Of a stretch of DNA of 64,000 nucleotides, positions 15,501-31,233 are shown in pieces. The position numbers and the translations under genes are program-made. The notes beneath the pieces were generated by a model, which saw nothing but the letters and a program-made list of their open reading frames with translations, did no database searches and was not told where the DNA came from. The stretch lies in assembly GCF_009914755.1 (NCBI RefSeq), contig NC_060937.1. One strand, given 5' to 3'. This DNA is from the human T2T-CHM13v2.0 reference genome, Homo sapiens. Every line of letters begins with the position of its first letter. The stretch's first letter is position 1.

Positions 15501-17046
15501 AGCACTGATAACCCATTTGGACTTGGATATGCCCATCCTACTAAAAATTTCACCCAATCAGCCTCACTATTACATCATGAGGAAACAATGCTCCTCTCTT
15601 TGATCTGTGAGGAGTCTAAGCAGAGATTTATGGCTCACTAAGGCCTGCCAATAGTCATTGGTGAGCCAGATTGCCACATCCTCACATCCTCAGCAGAAGC
15701 CTATGCAATATCCATTTATGCTCTCCCATCATCTTCCCCTCAGTCCCAGATAGGTGCTTTCTAAGTTTTAAGAGCGGTTCCATAGAGAAGAAATGACAAC
15801 CATACAGTGTGTTTCCAAGCCCTGACCAAAATCTAAATTCCAATTGTGTTTCACAACTAAGTTATACAAGCTTGGATAATGTCTTCAACTCACAATGGCC
15901 CATTTTCCACATGACTCCTACTCACATACTGTTACAAGACACTATGTGTACTTTGTATCACACAATGCAAAGATCCTGCGTTTCAATTATTTTCTCTGTT
16001 CCATACTGTCCCTATTCTGAATGCCAGAGTGTAACAAATGAGCATATATTACGGATAAATAGACACATCCAGGCAGTGTTCTCTGCAAATTTGCTTCTGT
16101 TCAATTATCTTAAATATGTATACATTTATAAAATCCACTCATCAATGTAAACTACTAGATTACTAGATGTCTTTCAAAGGTACATGCTGTAAGATTTCTA
16201 ACAGATTGACTTCTCAAACATGATCTTTTGTCTGTCAAGTATTTATTAAAGGAAGATCTTCTCTAGATTTTCTAGGTCAGCAAGCACTTGATTATTTTGT
16301 TGTATTGTGACCAATTTACAGATTTCTATCTGATGTGTGTATATAAAGGGAGTGAGTGAGAGAGAGAGAAGGTAGTTATACACTTGGGCTTCAATTAAAC
16401 TGTAAGACCTATGGTCTTTAGTTTTGATTTTGTACACATTGCAAACCTCACAATTATATATGTTCCAAAGCTTTGGTGCTCGTTCAATAATATATCATGC
16501 ACACAAAATACATTAAACACATATTGCAACACAGTTGCAAGGTTTTCATCACAGAAATAGGTAAGGACATTTCATTTTTTAAAAGTGCCTTTTGCTATAG
16601 GGTTTCTAAAAAATCATTTCATAGTGAAAAATTAACTACTGGTTTCTTTGATGTGTTAGTTTGACTGAAAGAATATATTACTAGAGAATGCTTATTATTT
16701 TTATAACCATATTTCTGAAAAAAAAAAAAAACATTCATTTGTTTTTTTGTAGGTCTGGGCAAGGGATGATAAAAACCCTTAAAGTCCAGGCAATCATGCT
16801 GAGAACAAAGGGCAGGTGTCATTTTTTACTGTGATTGGCCAGAGCTGAAATCAGGACTTTCTCCCTCTAGCAGAAGCTATTGTGGAATTTACAGTAATCC
16901 CCCTGGCTGACTGCCCATCACACTGCCAAACAGCACAACAACAAAAACGTAATATCTGGGGAGAAGGCCAAAACATATATTAAAAATTCTCATTGTTTTT
17001 ATTCTTCAACATTGAAAGATGATTTAAGAGAAAAGAAAAAACTCAC

Positions 17047-17146
17047 CCAGCTGTTACCGCTATTCATATTCCAACAGCCTCCAGATTGCTCGAGGCCACC
17101 TGGTTGACTTTTGCCTTGGAGTCGGTCCAGAAAAGCATTATTTACC
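17047..17146 (-). CDS. EPSTI1: EPSTI1 coding exon, 100 nt, VNNAFLDRLQGKSQPGGLEQSGGCWNMNSGNSW
   Basis: Acceptor tttaaag|G and donor TGG|gtgagt (17041-17046). Frame is continuous. Confidence 0.95.
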
Positions 17147-18860
17147 CTTTAAAACAATGAAAAATGTGTGTGAGTAGAAAACTTGCTGCAGGGCTGAGAG
17201 ATTTCTGAGAATCTAATGTGTTGTATGAACTGACCATGGGGATAGCTTCCTGGCTTCAGCTTAGAAGAAATCCACAGAAACTTCTCTTCACACTAACCAT
17301 ATGACATGCTGTTAACCCCTCTTTACTGGAGCTGGTGCCAATCTTGGCTCAAGCCAAAGGGGATACGAATTCTTAACCTGAGAGTTTCAGGCACTCATCT
17401 CCTGCCAGTTCAGCAAGACCCTAGTTCAAGAAAGAAACTACAGCCCTCAGAATCATGCCAGGTATGAACCTCAGAGGCTGGAGAGAGAAAGAAGCCTCAG
17501 CATGAACCAAAACATGAAGAAGAACCAAAGATAGCTCTATGGCATTATTGTTGCAAGATAGATGTCCTTCCTATATTCCCTGCACTCCACTGCCAGTCTT
17601 GCTAAAGTAAACCCCATACATGAAAAGCAGAAATGGAAGGTGAGCTTATATTATTCTATTTCTGGAGCTTGCTACCTGGTTGTTCACTTTATAATTAATC
17701 ACTATAAATATCTGTTTTGTGGACCTTTCTGTGTTTCATATTACAGTTTTTAAATTTAAAATAATAAATCACAGGTAACGTCGTGCTCTGAGTTGCCCAC
17801 GTATGGCTGAGTAGAGTCAGGGACTTGGAAGCTGAAGAAATGGCACTGCAATAGGTACCCTATGACATCAACAGATTATTTAGGAAGTGCAGAAATAAGA
17901 CTATAAGCTTCTGGGAAGCAGAAACACAATGCCTGGTGCATAGCAGCAAATATACATTTATGGAAGGAAGGGAGGCAGGAACCAGTCACATGAGCCTCTT
18001 GTTCAGTCATGAAGATTAGCAGAATGTGGTCATGGTGAGTGGCTACAGGCCAGTGACTGTGGGAGATTAGGGAACTTTGAGGCAAATAAAGGCTGGGTAG
18101 CAAAGTGAAAGGCTGGAGGGGGTTTCTGGCTGTCTGCGCTTGCTCAGTGCTAGCTAAGATGCCAGGCGTGTGTGGGCTCAGTTGCTGTCTCTCAACAACT
18201 TTAGGTCCCATCGGGCTGCGGTTCCACCTCAGCTATTATAAAGCTTCTTTCCTGTCTTACCATAAAATCTACCCAAGTGCCATATTCTAGTCAGCCTGCT
18301 TCACTGCCAAGCTCCATGTTTAAGTCACCTTCTCTGAATCTCTCAGCATGCAGATAGAATAGTATCCTACTTCGCTGGAGACTCAACTATCAAGAAAAGG
18401 AAAGTGACCCTGCTCCCCAGTAAACAACACAACCACTGGTATCCTGGACTGCCTGCATGCCTGGAGCTGTTCTTATCCAGTCTTTTTGTCATTAACAAAG
18501 ATGGGCTTTCACTCAGCATCCTCCACCCCACACCCAAACCGCTACAAGGCTTGTTTGCTCTACCTCCTGAACACAACCTAAATTCACTCATTTCTTTCCA
18601 TGGATACCATTCTAGTTCAAATTACTATATCTTCACCTTGCTAGTGCTTTCACTCCCACCTTCCGTAATCTAGTCCCCATACAACAACCTTACTAGATTA
18701 TGAAAGAAATGTCTTCCTTTTGCTTAAAATTCTCCCACAGCTTCCCATTGGTCTTAGAATAAAACTGGCTTATAAAAGGTTGTGTTATCTTGCTCCTGCC
18801 TACCTTTCCTCCCCCACTGAGTATCATTCTCTTCTTCACTCACTATAATCCCATCACATG

Positions 18861-19160
<300 letters not shown>

Positions 19161-20959
19161 TCACTTGGGACTCAAACAGTCCAAGCTCATTTGTACTTTA
19201 GAGCCTCTGCACTTGCTCTTCCCCTCTTCGTAGGCCATCTAAGTCCATGCATCTGCCCCTAGTCTCTATGTGGCTGGTTCTTCCTTGTCCTTGGATGTCA
19301 CCTCTGCAGTGAGGCCTTCCTAAGTAACCTATCATCTCCAATTTCTTCTTTAACGTCACCTTGTGATATTGTCCTCACAGTACACATCACCATCTGAAAT
19401 AACAGTGCCTTTGATTGTTGACTTCCATTTCTCTCCTCCAGATTATAATTTCCACATGGTGAGGCACCCCTTCTGCCGTGTTTTGCCCTATTCCCGGAGC
19501 CTAGGACACAGCCTTTATGGAGTGTAGCCTGATAATGTAGTTACTGAATGAAACAAATCTTCCTGGCACACGTTCTTCACCCCTGAAAACAACATGGATG
19601 ATGAGTGCAGACTGCAAAACAGCTCACTGGCAATTGCTCTCAATTCACTCAAACCCTGCGAAGACTGATGCCTTGTCATGAAGACATAAGGTAATGTGAT
19701 TCACTTTTGAGCATCAGTTACTAAGAGGACATCAGAGTGGTTGAGCACTCTTTGATACTATAGGAGTGTCCTCAACTTGCCTATGTCCACAGCAGTGTGA
19801 GTCAACCAGAGATAATGGGTGGGAAAGAGTTTGTTTCTCTCAATTCCTATCAAGAATCTAAATGGGAGGGAAAAGAACCAATTTCTATTTTTGTTTAATA
19901 GTTTTAGAAAGTACATACATGCTACTGCAGTCAAAATTGTGCTCTGGGTTTTCTTCTGAGGGTTAATTTGGATAAAAACTATTATTCAGGGATGGTTCAA
20001 GTTTGAATAAATCAATTCAGTTCATCCAGTTTTCACTTCATGGCCCAAATCCTTTCAAGTCCTTGACCCCCATGCTCTGTCGTTTCTCTCTGGAATTTCT
20101 ACTTGTCTTCTCCTACTCAAATAGTTACAACGGGTTAGGTGCAGGTGCACTCAAGCTCATTACAGGTTCATTGAAAAGCTTGTCAGGAATCTCAGTGCTT
20201 TCTATTATAATACTCAGAGTTGAGTTTTCTGCAATGTGAACTTTTAAACTGTAGAAAGCACGTTGTCCTTTTGATGCCAATAAAATTGTGCCTTTGGAGA
20301 AAACCTAATTTACATCCCCTACACACACACTATATAGCTTGTGTTGTTGCCTTGAGTAAGAATGGACACGGCTATTTTATTAAGAGTTCATTGAGTATGT
20401 ATTCTCACATGATAACATGGGAAAGCTCATGGCACACTTTAAAGGCAATACAAACGTAAGCTCTTTTCAAAAATTGATGAAGAGCATAAAATATATATTT
20501 AATGACTTGATCAGATACTTCAAAACTAATTACTGAGTTTATTATCTAGAAAAATCTCTTCTTGGATTAAATTTGGAGCTATACATTTATTGGATCTATT
20601 TAAGTAGAATCAAAAGAAAGAAAAAATAACGTATAGAAATTAAACAGCCCCACCAATATTTAGGTATTCAGTAGTATGGAAATAAACTTAAAGAATGAAA
20701 GCCAAGATTCCTATAACAAAAAAGTTATCTTTTCCACCTCTAATCAAATAGCTTGGGTGTTTATTAGGTGCCCATCAAAGATAAATATTTCAGCAATGGA
20801 GCCTATTAATGTGACACATCACTGTGTTTAAGATGCTTAAAGTCTTACAATTCAATTAATCCTCAGAAATCCAGAGAAATAACTGGCTACTACTAGCAAT
20901 CAGTTTATAAATACAATATCAAGTGTTTTTTAAACAGGAAGTATTTTAAAGAGAAAATA

Positions 20960-21324
<365 letters not shown>

Positions 21325-22352
21325 TTAGCATGCTTCCCCACCACCATCTTACCCAACAATATAGCCTAACCGACATATCAGAGTTTTGATATTTCCTTAA
21401 ATAAGAGAAAAAACATATAATTCACATTTGTAGTTTCAAAACTATTTTGACTGGACTCTGGGGACAACATAGTTCAGTCAAATAAAAGTGAGCTCCCCGC
21501 CCACAGTTAGAGGCACCATCAGAACAGGGAGCTTCCACTGAATGCTTTTTAAAGTCTCTCATTTAGAAAATGAAACCAACATAACTTAAAAATACAGTTT
21601 AGTGACAGTGGGAAGGTTAAATACGTTCAAAAAAAGCCATTCACTATCAAAAGAATTTGTCCCTTTAAATTGTGAAAACCCTTACATTCTTCTCCAAGAT
21701 ACTCAAGTACACCCCTAATGAACTCAACTCGTGTCCCCCTAGAAATCTTAGCATAATAATGGCATACAATATGGTGCTTATTAGCACTGTCCCAACAGTA
21801 ACATGATATTTTACTAGGTATTCTTAAGTCTGATATTAGGATTAAGATGGAGAGTGCTTAGACTATTTGAAAATTACTTAATGGTTCTAAGATTTTTTTT
21901 CTCTAATGTGTCAATATTAAATAATGTTAGTGAGTTTTTGTCTGAGCTTTTGCACTCAAGTATGGGTATCTGACCATCTATATTGATCTAAGTGTTATAA
22001 CTAAGTCTATAAATGGTAGACCATCGTCTCAAACTAGGATGTTTTGTCCTACGGTAGGCAAATTAAATATACCTTAATTGAACACACAAGAACATGAGTC
22101 AGTTTTCTAATGTGAGTTTATAATGCCACCTATCCAAGAAAATTGTGCATGCACATATGTACACACGTGTGTACTTATATATGTAGCAGTTGGCATACCT
22201 CTACATATATCACGTCCCAATAACAGATTTAAAGGTAACACGCATTCCAAAACCATATTAATAATGTTATCGTAATGTTTTCCTAAAACACTGTACAAAC
22301 TTTCTAGGTAATTGATTTAACCAAGGATGCTTATTTTATTAGCCAGTTTTAC

Positions 22353-22426
22353 CTCCTGTGTTCAGTCTGGTGGATTTTGGCTCTTTCTTGCTCTTGCTGC
22401 TGCCGTTTCAGTTCCAGTAATTCACT
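22353..22426 (-). CDS. EPSTI1: EPSTI1 coding exon, 74 nt, SELLELKRQQQEQERAKIHQTEHR(R)
   Basis: Acceptor ttcctag|AGT and donor AG|gtaaaa. Frame is continuous with the neighbouring exons. Confidence 0.95.
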
Positions 22427-23809
22427 CTAGGAACAATAAAAGTTTTAAAATATGGTTTTCAATTAACACAGTTGTACAGAAGATACCCAAATCAATTACA
22501 TATTTAAACCTCAACTGGTACAATATTTCATTTTTGAAACTTTTACTTAAGTACTATTTGGATGTGAAATTATTTTCTTATATACGTAGGTAGCAAATAA
22601 CTGTGGCTTAGTCAAACAGAATAGCTCTGTGAGTGTAAAATTGCTAGATTAAAAGCCAGTGTGCATGGTCAAGATACTAGATCAATAGGTACAACACAAA
22701 CAGAAAAAAATACAATGTAAGTCAAACTCATCTATGTCTTACAGAGAACAACAAATCAAATTAGTTCCTTCAGGAATATCACACAATACTATTTCTTGGT
22801 ATTTCTCTAGCATTTCTTTCCTGATAAATTCAGAGCAACTTACAAATAAATATTGGACTCAATCTTATAGTGTAATTCTGTTAATAAAACATTCTCCATC
22901 CTGGAGAGTAAGCACTCACCTATTATTGATTAGTTACTTCTAATACCAGCAGAACTTTGAGATCTCTGGAGGAGATACTTTGCTTCATATAAATCACATT
23001 ATTATAACTAAATCTTTAGCTTCCAACAGTCTGCTTATCTTCTTGGAAGAGGCAACTTAACTTCCAGACCTAGTTACTATGTTTACAGTATTATACCAAA
23101 GAACCAATCCCAGGATTTCTCTAATTTCCAACTGTCTACCCTAAGGCAGAATAAATTTTAATCCCATTTCAAAGACAAAAAAAATGCAAAGAGAAGAAAA
23201 TTATTAGGCCCAAGTCATATACCAGTGCCTGAGTCAGAGAGATTTTCTGGTAGAGAAAATACTGTCACGTCTTAACACATACCAATAAAAGGTTGCTATT
23301 GTTGTTTTAACCCCAAACTTCCTTGATGAAAAGTATACAAAAAAACTCAAAGTTCAGGCTGACATTTTATTAACTTTGTTCAAAGACCCTCTAATATTCC
23401 ACAGTCCCCCAAAATAAAAAGACTTATTTCTTATACTGTGATATTCCAAATACATTGCTCATCAATCCCTAAAGCACATTACTTAACCCTAATTCCTATA
23501 TAACACTAATAAGGGGAAATCATTGAATAATATTTGAGTTTTTGAAATCAATGAATAATATTTGTCCACTCAATAAGTATTTGTTATACACCTTGCTGCC
23601 AAGCTTTATGCTCAAGTCTCACTCTTGCACAATAGGATCATTTTTTAGTCTACCAAATATTAGTACTCTTTATTAGTACTACCAAGTATACCAATGTGAA
23701 AGAAGCTCCTGTCCTCTCCCTCGTCTCCACAATCATTTTCAATTCCTGCATGTGGTTTCATAAGTAATTATCTTCTTCTTAATAGTATGCATGTTTATTC
23801 ATTTCTTAA

Positions 23810-24143
23810 TTTTTTTTTATTATTATACTTTAAGTTTTAGGGTACATGTGCACAATGTGCAGGTTAGTTACATATGTATACATGTGCCATGCTGGTGCGC
23901 TGCACCCACTAACTCGTCATCTAGCATTAGGTATATCTCCCAATGCTATCCCTCCCCCCTTCCCCCCACCCCACAACAGTCCCCAGAGTGTGATGTTCCC
24001 CTTCCTGTGTCCATGTGTTCTCATTGTTCAATTCCCACCTATGAGTGAGAATATGCGGTGTTTGGTTTTTTGTTCTTGCGATAGTTTACTGAGAATGATG
24101 ATTTCCAATTTCATCCATGTCCCTACAAAGGACATGAACTCAT
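23810..24143 (-). mobile_element. 5'-truncated young L1PA (L1PA2/3-like) 3' end
   Basis: ttattatactttaagttttagggtacatgtgcac... with the cccactaactcgtc (non-ACA) variant. TSD tcatttcttaattttt at 23799 and 24140. Confidence 0.9.
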
Positions 24144-25414
24144 TTCTTAATTTTTAAAAAACTGTATTATCTTTTGACTACCTACAATGGAAAAAAGATT
24201 GATGTCTCTATTACTACCTTCACCCCAATCCCAACTTCCTCTCATAGTACAGCCCCATCGTCATTCTCTTACAACTTTTTTTTTTTTAACATTCAATGTG
24301 GTAGGAGAGGGATCTAGAAATCCTGTAGCTCCTCATTCAAGTTTCTAATTCATCCTCCTGTTTTCAACTCTAGGCTTCAAAGGTACCAGGTGCCTCTGAT
24401 TCCTCAACTTAACCAACTTCTCTGTCTTACTGCTTCTTTCAGATGAGTACTGGCTTTCCCTGCTCCACTAAATCAGTTACCACTGACCATCTAGTTCCAG
24501 ATTTAAAATTTTGGCTTATATCTTTGCTGCAGTCTACTAGTCTGTTCTTTTGCTCTTGTTGGCTTATGGCTTTTTAAAAAAATTCCTGTATTTTTAGTGG
24601 TATATGGGGAGAGAGTGATAAAACATAAGCAAATGAAATGCTTTTGATATGCAATGTTTAACCAGAAAACCTTAATATTTTCAAATACAAGTTTTACCAG
24701 AATTGTATTATTTGATCCTAACAACAATTGCAAAGGTAGGCAGGCAAACAAAGTATTATGTGATAAATGAATGAGCAATATCATCCTCACCTTACAGATA
24801 AGGAAATGGGATCAGAGACACAGTTTTAGTAACTTGTCAAGAGCTAAATAGCTTATTAGTAGCAAAATAAAGACCAGGGCTTACATTTTCTCGTATCTAA
24901 TAATCTTCTGCAGGATGCATTCAAAATAAATGGTTGGAATTAAGGATATCCTCACGGTGGCTCATCATAAAGTATACACAGTCATGTCCAGAACTACAGG
25001 ACCCATTCACATTCAAAAGTTTTAGCAGAATATATATAACCTAAGCACAAATCTAAATCCTTCTTGCCAAAGGATGCTGATTATTTTCACTTTCATTAAT
25101 CCTATTTCTCCAAGGAGCAACTTCTGGTATCTGGCCCATTGTGAGTTTAATACAATGCATTCTGAACAAACTAACTCTCATTAGTTCTGGAGTACGACAC
25201 AAAGACAAAAAAAGTATAAAATACATACATATATATATATGCATACTATGACATGTTACTTTAAAATAATTTTTAAGATAATTTTTTCAGACTTGGCAAA
25301 ATGATCATGCAACTTGTCTGAGAAAAAAAATACAATCACAGCCATACAAAAATACTGGAAAAGAAAACAAAAAATGAGAAAGAACCAGCTTCATCAAACA
25401 TTGAAAGATATCAT

Positions 25415-25620
25415 ATGAGAACACATGGATGGGGACAACACACACTGGGGCCTGTTGGAGTGGAGGATGCAGGGGGAGGGAGAGCTAATGGATGCTGGGC
25501 TTATTACCTAGGTACTGGGTTGATCTGTGCAGCAAACCACCATGGCACATGTTTACCTATGTAACAAACCTGCACATCCTGTACATGAATCCCTGAGCTT
25601 AAAAGTTGAAGAAAATAAAA
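25415..25620 (+). mobile_element. Older L1PA/L1PB 3' UTR fragment
   Basis: caacacacactggggcctgtt...aaaccaccatggcacatgtttacctatgtaacaaacctgcacatcc. Confidence 0.8.
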
Positions 25621-28600
25621 CTATAGTAATTAAAACAATTCGAGTCTAGGAAGAGACATGATACATATGGAAATGTAGTTTACCATAAGGTTGTGCTAAA
25701 CCAATGCAGGTGACAGAGTTTCATGAATGATGATGGACTAGCCGACTACTGTAAGAAAGATCAAAACTAGACCCTTAATTTCGATGAAATAAATTTTATA
25801 GAAGTCTAAGATTTGAGCCTAGAAGATGGGAATAGAAGTTTTCAAAGGTGGCACAGGTGAATTTATTTATAAACTTGGAGTGAGGAAGTTCCAGAAGTTA
25901 GAAAAAGAAAAAGATTAATAAATTTAGCTGCATGAAAATTCAAACTTTTCATTTGGAAAAAATACCATAAAATTAAAAAATTAACTGTTAATGAATGTTT
26001 AGGATATGCATAGGCTAATTCAATTTTCATTTATTCATTCATTAAATATCTGAGTGTCTATTATGAGCCAGGCTTGCATCTACATGATAGGCTATAGTAG
26101 TGAACAAGATAGATGAGATCTTTGCTCCTTTAGAGTTTATATTCTAGAGAAAGGAAACCCATAAACAAGTGAGAAAAATATCCAACAATAATCCCAGGCA
26201 GAGGATTAAAACACACTGATGTGAGATTCAGTGGTTCAGTGACTATTTTAGGCTGAGACTCAGGAAATGTCCCAGAAAGTGGGTAAGGACTTCACATAAA
26301 CCAATAAGGAAAAAACAACCAAAAAGAAAAAGGGCCAAGGGATAGGAACAGGCAGTTCATAGATAAACTACAGGTTGCCTGTCAGTTCAAAATGGTCATT
26401 ATCTTCACTCAAAATCAAAGAAATATTAAAACGATGAGATAAAGTGTTTCTATTGTATTGACGAAAATCAGAAAAGTTTGACAGAAAACACTCTGGTATA
26501 GCATCTAAATTAGTGAAACCTAATTTAGTTTTTGGAAGTCAATTTAGCAATAAGCATCAAAACGTAAGACGTATACATCTCTTGCAGAAGTGTTCAAAGA
26601 TGTATGTATATGAATATTCACAGTTATATTATTGAAACTGTAAAAGTTCAGGGAAACATGTTAATGCCCACCAACAAAACACTTGTACCATAAGTGAGAC
26701 CATCAGCGCAATGGAATACAATGGAACAGTTACAAAGACTAAGATGGATGTTTTGTAAGGTAGAGCAGGGGCCTATAGAGAGATCTCTAAGATACATTAA
26801 GTGATAAAAGATAGGTTCAGAGCCGTTTTCTTAGGACGCTTCTATATAAATAGAAAATATATACACACATTCATTTTGACTTTTATATGCTGATGTGTAT
26901 CCAAAACATTTAATGAAAAACTACACAAGAAAATGTTAACTGTAATTAACACTGGGTAGCGGCGCTTGAAGTGTGAATGGGCAAGAAAAGGATGCTTTAC
27001 TATCTTACATAGTTTTTGTTTTTTAACTTCTGAACCATGTGTATATATTATTTCCTCATACCATCAGTAGGAATTTATTATCAGTGTGAGAGGCCATTTC
27101 TGTTTTCTTATGCTTTCCTTTATTTAAAAATCCCAATAAATATGTAATTTTTAACACAGAGAGATATAAAAGAGCGAAACACCACACATGAAGCTAAGAA
27201 CTGTTAGGGAGGAAGAAAAGACGGGAAGAGAGCAACATACATCATCCTATTACGGAGGCAAGGAAAGGGGAGAAGAGATAAAGACCAGGAGGGAAACGCG
27301 GACGGGAGCTGATGAGGCATCACCATGCAAGAACATTGCTCCAGATGGCCGAAGGGAAGGTGCTGGCATCGCTGCACTCAGGATTATTATCCTATAACTA
27401 GCAAAGCGTATTTACTAAGGAGAGGCTGGTTTTTCTTCCATACTAAGAAGGATAATTTCAGCTAATTAATTTGTTCTGCTGAACTGACAGCCACCGAGGA
27501 TGTGTCTGCATGCCTTATAAGCATATTCTTGGTTCATTTACTGAGATCCCACACAGAAGTTCAATATCTAGAGTTAAGCAAATAAAAAATAAGTTGTTCT
27601 TGTTTCAAGGACCAAGCTCGGGACATGAAAAGCATCAAAGTGCTCTAAGCAGGAGGACAATGACATGCAACATCTGAGGCATTGTTAAGGCCTGGCCTAC
27701 TCAATGCATATTGTCACACGCCAACCATTTTCCAGATACCTAGGTTCATGCTAAAGGTACAGATATCAGCACAGCTCCACCCTGAAATAAATCACAGTAT
27801 AATGAGGCAGACACACCCAGAAACAACTCTGACACAGGGCAAAAAGAAATGAGTTGCTAAACACAAAATTAAGCTACATGACATGGGAATACAAGGAAGG
27901 AATGCAAACAAGAGAAGGGTGTTCAACACTTTGTGTTTGTGCACATCTTATCACTGTGCTATGCAAATCTCTACATTCATACAGAGCTGCATACAAACGA
28001 GGGTAGGTTGGTGATATGATAAACAAAATACCATCCTAGAGATTGAAAGTATGGAACTTCCTACAAACATTGGCCAAGTGGTATGTGGTAAATGAGGACA
28101 ACACTGCAAATAGCGCCACTGCCTGTGGCCACCCGATGCAGTGCTCACCCAGGAGGGCTGCTCTGCTGGGGAGCTGCAGGATGGCACCAATAGCTCTGCT
28201 TCGAGCCCAGGTCAATAATAAGAAGAGGGGTTGCCATTTCCAGCAAGAGGTTGCAAACATCATTTCTCTGGGCTCCAATTGTCTGATGGTGCCCTGTTCT
28301 ACAGAAGGGTCAACTATACAACAGACAGGTGTGTGTAAAGCTGGATGCTTAAGAAATGTGACAAGGTTAGAGGGAAAACATGCTCCAAAGCAAAGTTTCA
28401 GTGTGGTAATTGAAGATGAACATGGGGTCATTTTAAAACCATGTCTGAATCCCAACAGAGCATGTTCCGACATGGTTCAGCTTGACTGCTTTATGTAAAC
28501 ATGAAAATGCCATCGCCTGGCAAAACAAACTTCTCCCAGGAGAGCCTGTTCTCTCAACACAACAAGAGGAAAGGGATAGTGGAAGCAGGAGAGTTGAGAC

Positions 28601-28884
28601 CATGAAGTCATGAAGTTCAAGAATGCCTTCCTTTGAAGGTTTAATACAGAAAAGCTTTCGGGGGAAGGAGGAGAGTTTAAAGAAGTCCTGGTTCTCCGGC
28701 ATCCACAGTAATACCTTTGCCTTGAAGGAGAAAGATGGCCTTGGCTATCAAGAATGGGGAGAAAAGGCAGAAGCTACCACCCAAAATTTTCAGAGCACCA
28801 ACCAAATCAAAGGAAATAAATACTAATGGGTGAAGTAGAGTTTAAAAATAACACAAGTAATGTACACTCTCCCCTTACTATTGT

Positions 28885-29160
28885 TTTTAATTTTTAATTT
28901 TTTAATTGACAGTTTGTACATATTTATAGGATACAATTTGATATTTTGATACATATGTATGTTGTAAAATGATCAAATCAGGGCACTTAGTGTGTCCATG
29001 ATCTCATGCATTTATCATTTATTTGTAGTGAGAATATTCCAAAGCCTCTTATCTAGCTATTTTGTAAGGTACACTATCATCTTACTGTCAACCACAGTCA
29101 CTCCACTGTATAACAGAACATCAAAACATATTCCTCTTATCTAATTGTAACTTTGTATTT
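28885..29160 (-). mobile_element. L1MA 3' end fragment
   Basis: tttaattgacag..tgtacatatttat..tcaaatcaggg..tctagctattttg. Confidence 0.7.
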
Positions 29161-30249
29161 GCTGTTGCTAGTTCTATCATTTTAACAGAGAGAGAAATAA
29201 ACTTCCAGCTACAACAATCATGGAATCACAGCTCTATGTCTCCCACCTAAAAATATTTCCTACACAAAATGCAAGGAAGACGTAGGTTTCAAAACTTATC
29301 TGCACTCTATTTTATGATCTTTGTTTTCATTTTCATATATGTGAGCATATTTCTATTATGTTATTAAAATGTGGTAGTAATTGCTGCATGGTATTTATTC
29401 CAAACTCCAAAACCTTCAAATCCTGTATCACTGAACAAACTGTTTCAAATTTCCCATTAATCTTATGTTAAAAATAAACAACCTTGTACAAATATCTTGT
29501 CTGTATCTCTCATTATTTCCTCAGAATAAATGTATACCTTTAGATCTAATATTTTTACTTTTAGGAAACTCTTCAGAATTTGATGTTGCCAAAGTGCCTC
29601 TCAGTTTATCCTCTCACCAGTAATAGTACTTCAGTGTTTGTGGTATATATTGACGTCTACTAGTGGAAGTTCTCCTTACCCCAACAAATACACAAATTAT
29701 TATTCATATTTTTCTAAAGTTTAAATTTCATTATTTTTCTCTCAGTTGAAATTTAGAAACAGTATTTTCAAATTACCTCAAATTCCATTGAAATTTATTA
29801 CTAGAATTTCATTAAACTTACAAGTAAACTTGGATAGAACTATAGTTACTGAAATATTGAGTTTTAGCATTCGGGAACATTAGCCATCTCTGCTTTATTC
29901 GAATTGACTTTTATGTATAATAACCAAAACAGCGTGGTACTGGCATACAAACCAATGGAACAGAATAGAGAGTCCAAAAATACATCCACACATGCAGAGC
30001 CAACTGATTTTTGGCAAAAGGGCCAAGAACATAGGGGAAAGGACAGTCTCCTCAATAAACAGTAGTGGGAAAACTGAATATCCACATGCAGAAGGATGAA
30101 ATTAAACCCTTTTCTCTCATCACATACAAAAAACAACTCAATTTGACAGTTTTCACAAAAGGCGTTAAAAAATAATCAACTCAAAATGGATTAAAGACTT
30201 TAAATGTAAAACCTGAAACTAGGAAAGTACTAGAAGAGAATATGGGGGA

Positions 30250-30560
30250 AGCTGGGCACAGTGGTTCATGCCTGTAATCCCCACCCTTTGGGAGGCCGAG
30301 GCAGGCAGATCACTGCAGGCTAGGAGTTTGAGACCAGCCTGGCCAATATGGCAAAGCCCCGTCTCTACTGAAAATACAAAAATTAGTCAGGCACGGTGGC
30401 ACACACCTGTAATCCCAGATACTTGGGAGGCTGAGTCATGAGAATTGTTTGAATCCCAAAGGCAGAGGCCGCAGTGAGCCGAGATGGTGCCACTGCACTC
30501 CAGCCTGGGTGACAGAGAGACTCTGTTATAAAAAAAAAAAAAAAAAAAAGGAAAAGAAAA
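30250..30560 (+). mobile_element. AluS/J within L1
   Basis: Dimer with long A tail. Confidence 0.85.
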
Positions 30561-30846
30561 TGTAGTGGAAAAGCTCCATGACATTGGTCTGGGCAAGGAT
30601 TTTTTGGATAAGACTTTAAAAGGACAAGCAACAAAAGCAAAAACAGACAAATGAGATTACATCAAACTAAAAAGCTTCTCCACATCAAAGGAAACAATCA
30701 GCAGACTAAAGAGACAATCTACAGAATGGGAGAAAATATCTGTAAACTATACATCTAATAGGGGGTCAGTATCCAAAACACATAAGGTACTCAAACAACT
30801 CAATAGCAAGAGAACAAATAACCTAATTTTTAAAATTAGCAAAAAG

Positions 30847-31233
<387 letters not shown>

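Noticed and set aside
28111-28131. CTCF-like motif (tggccacaggcagtggcgcta, minus strand)
   Set aside because: Needs a 2-nt gap to fit the core consensus.
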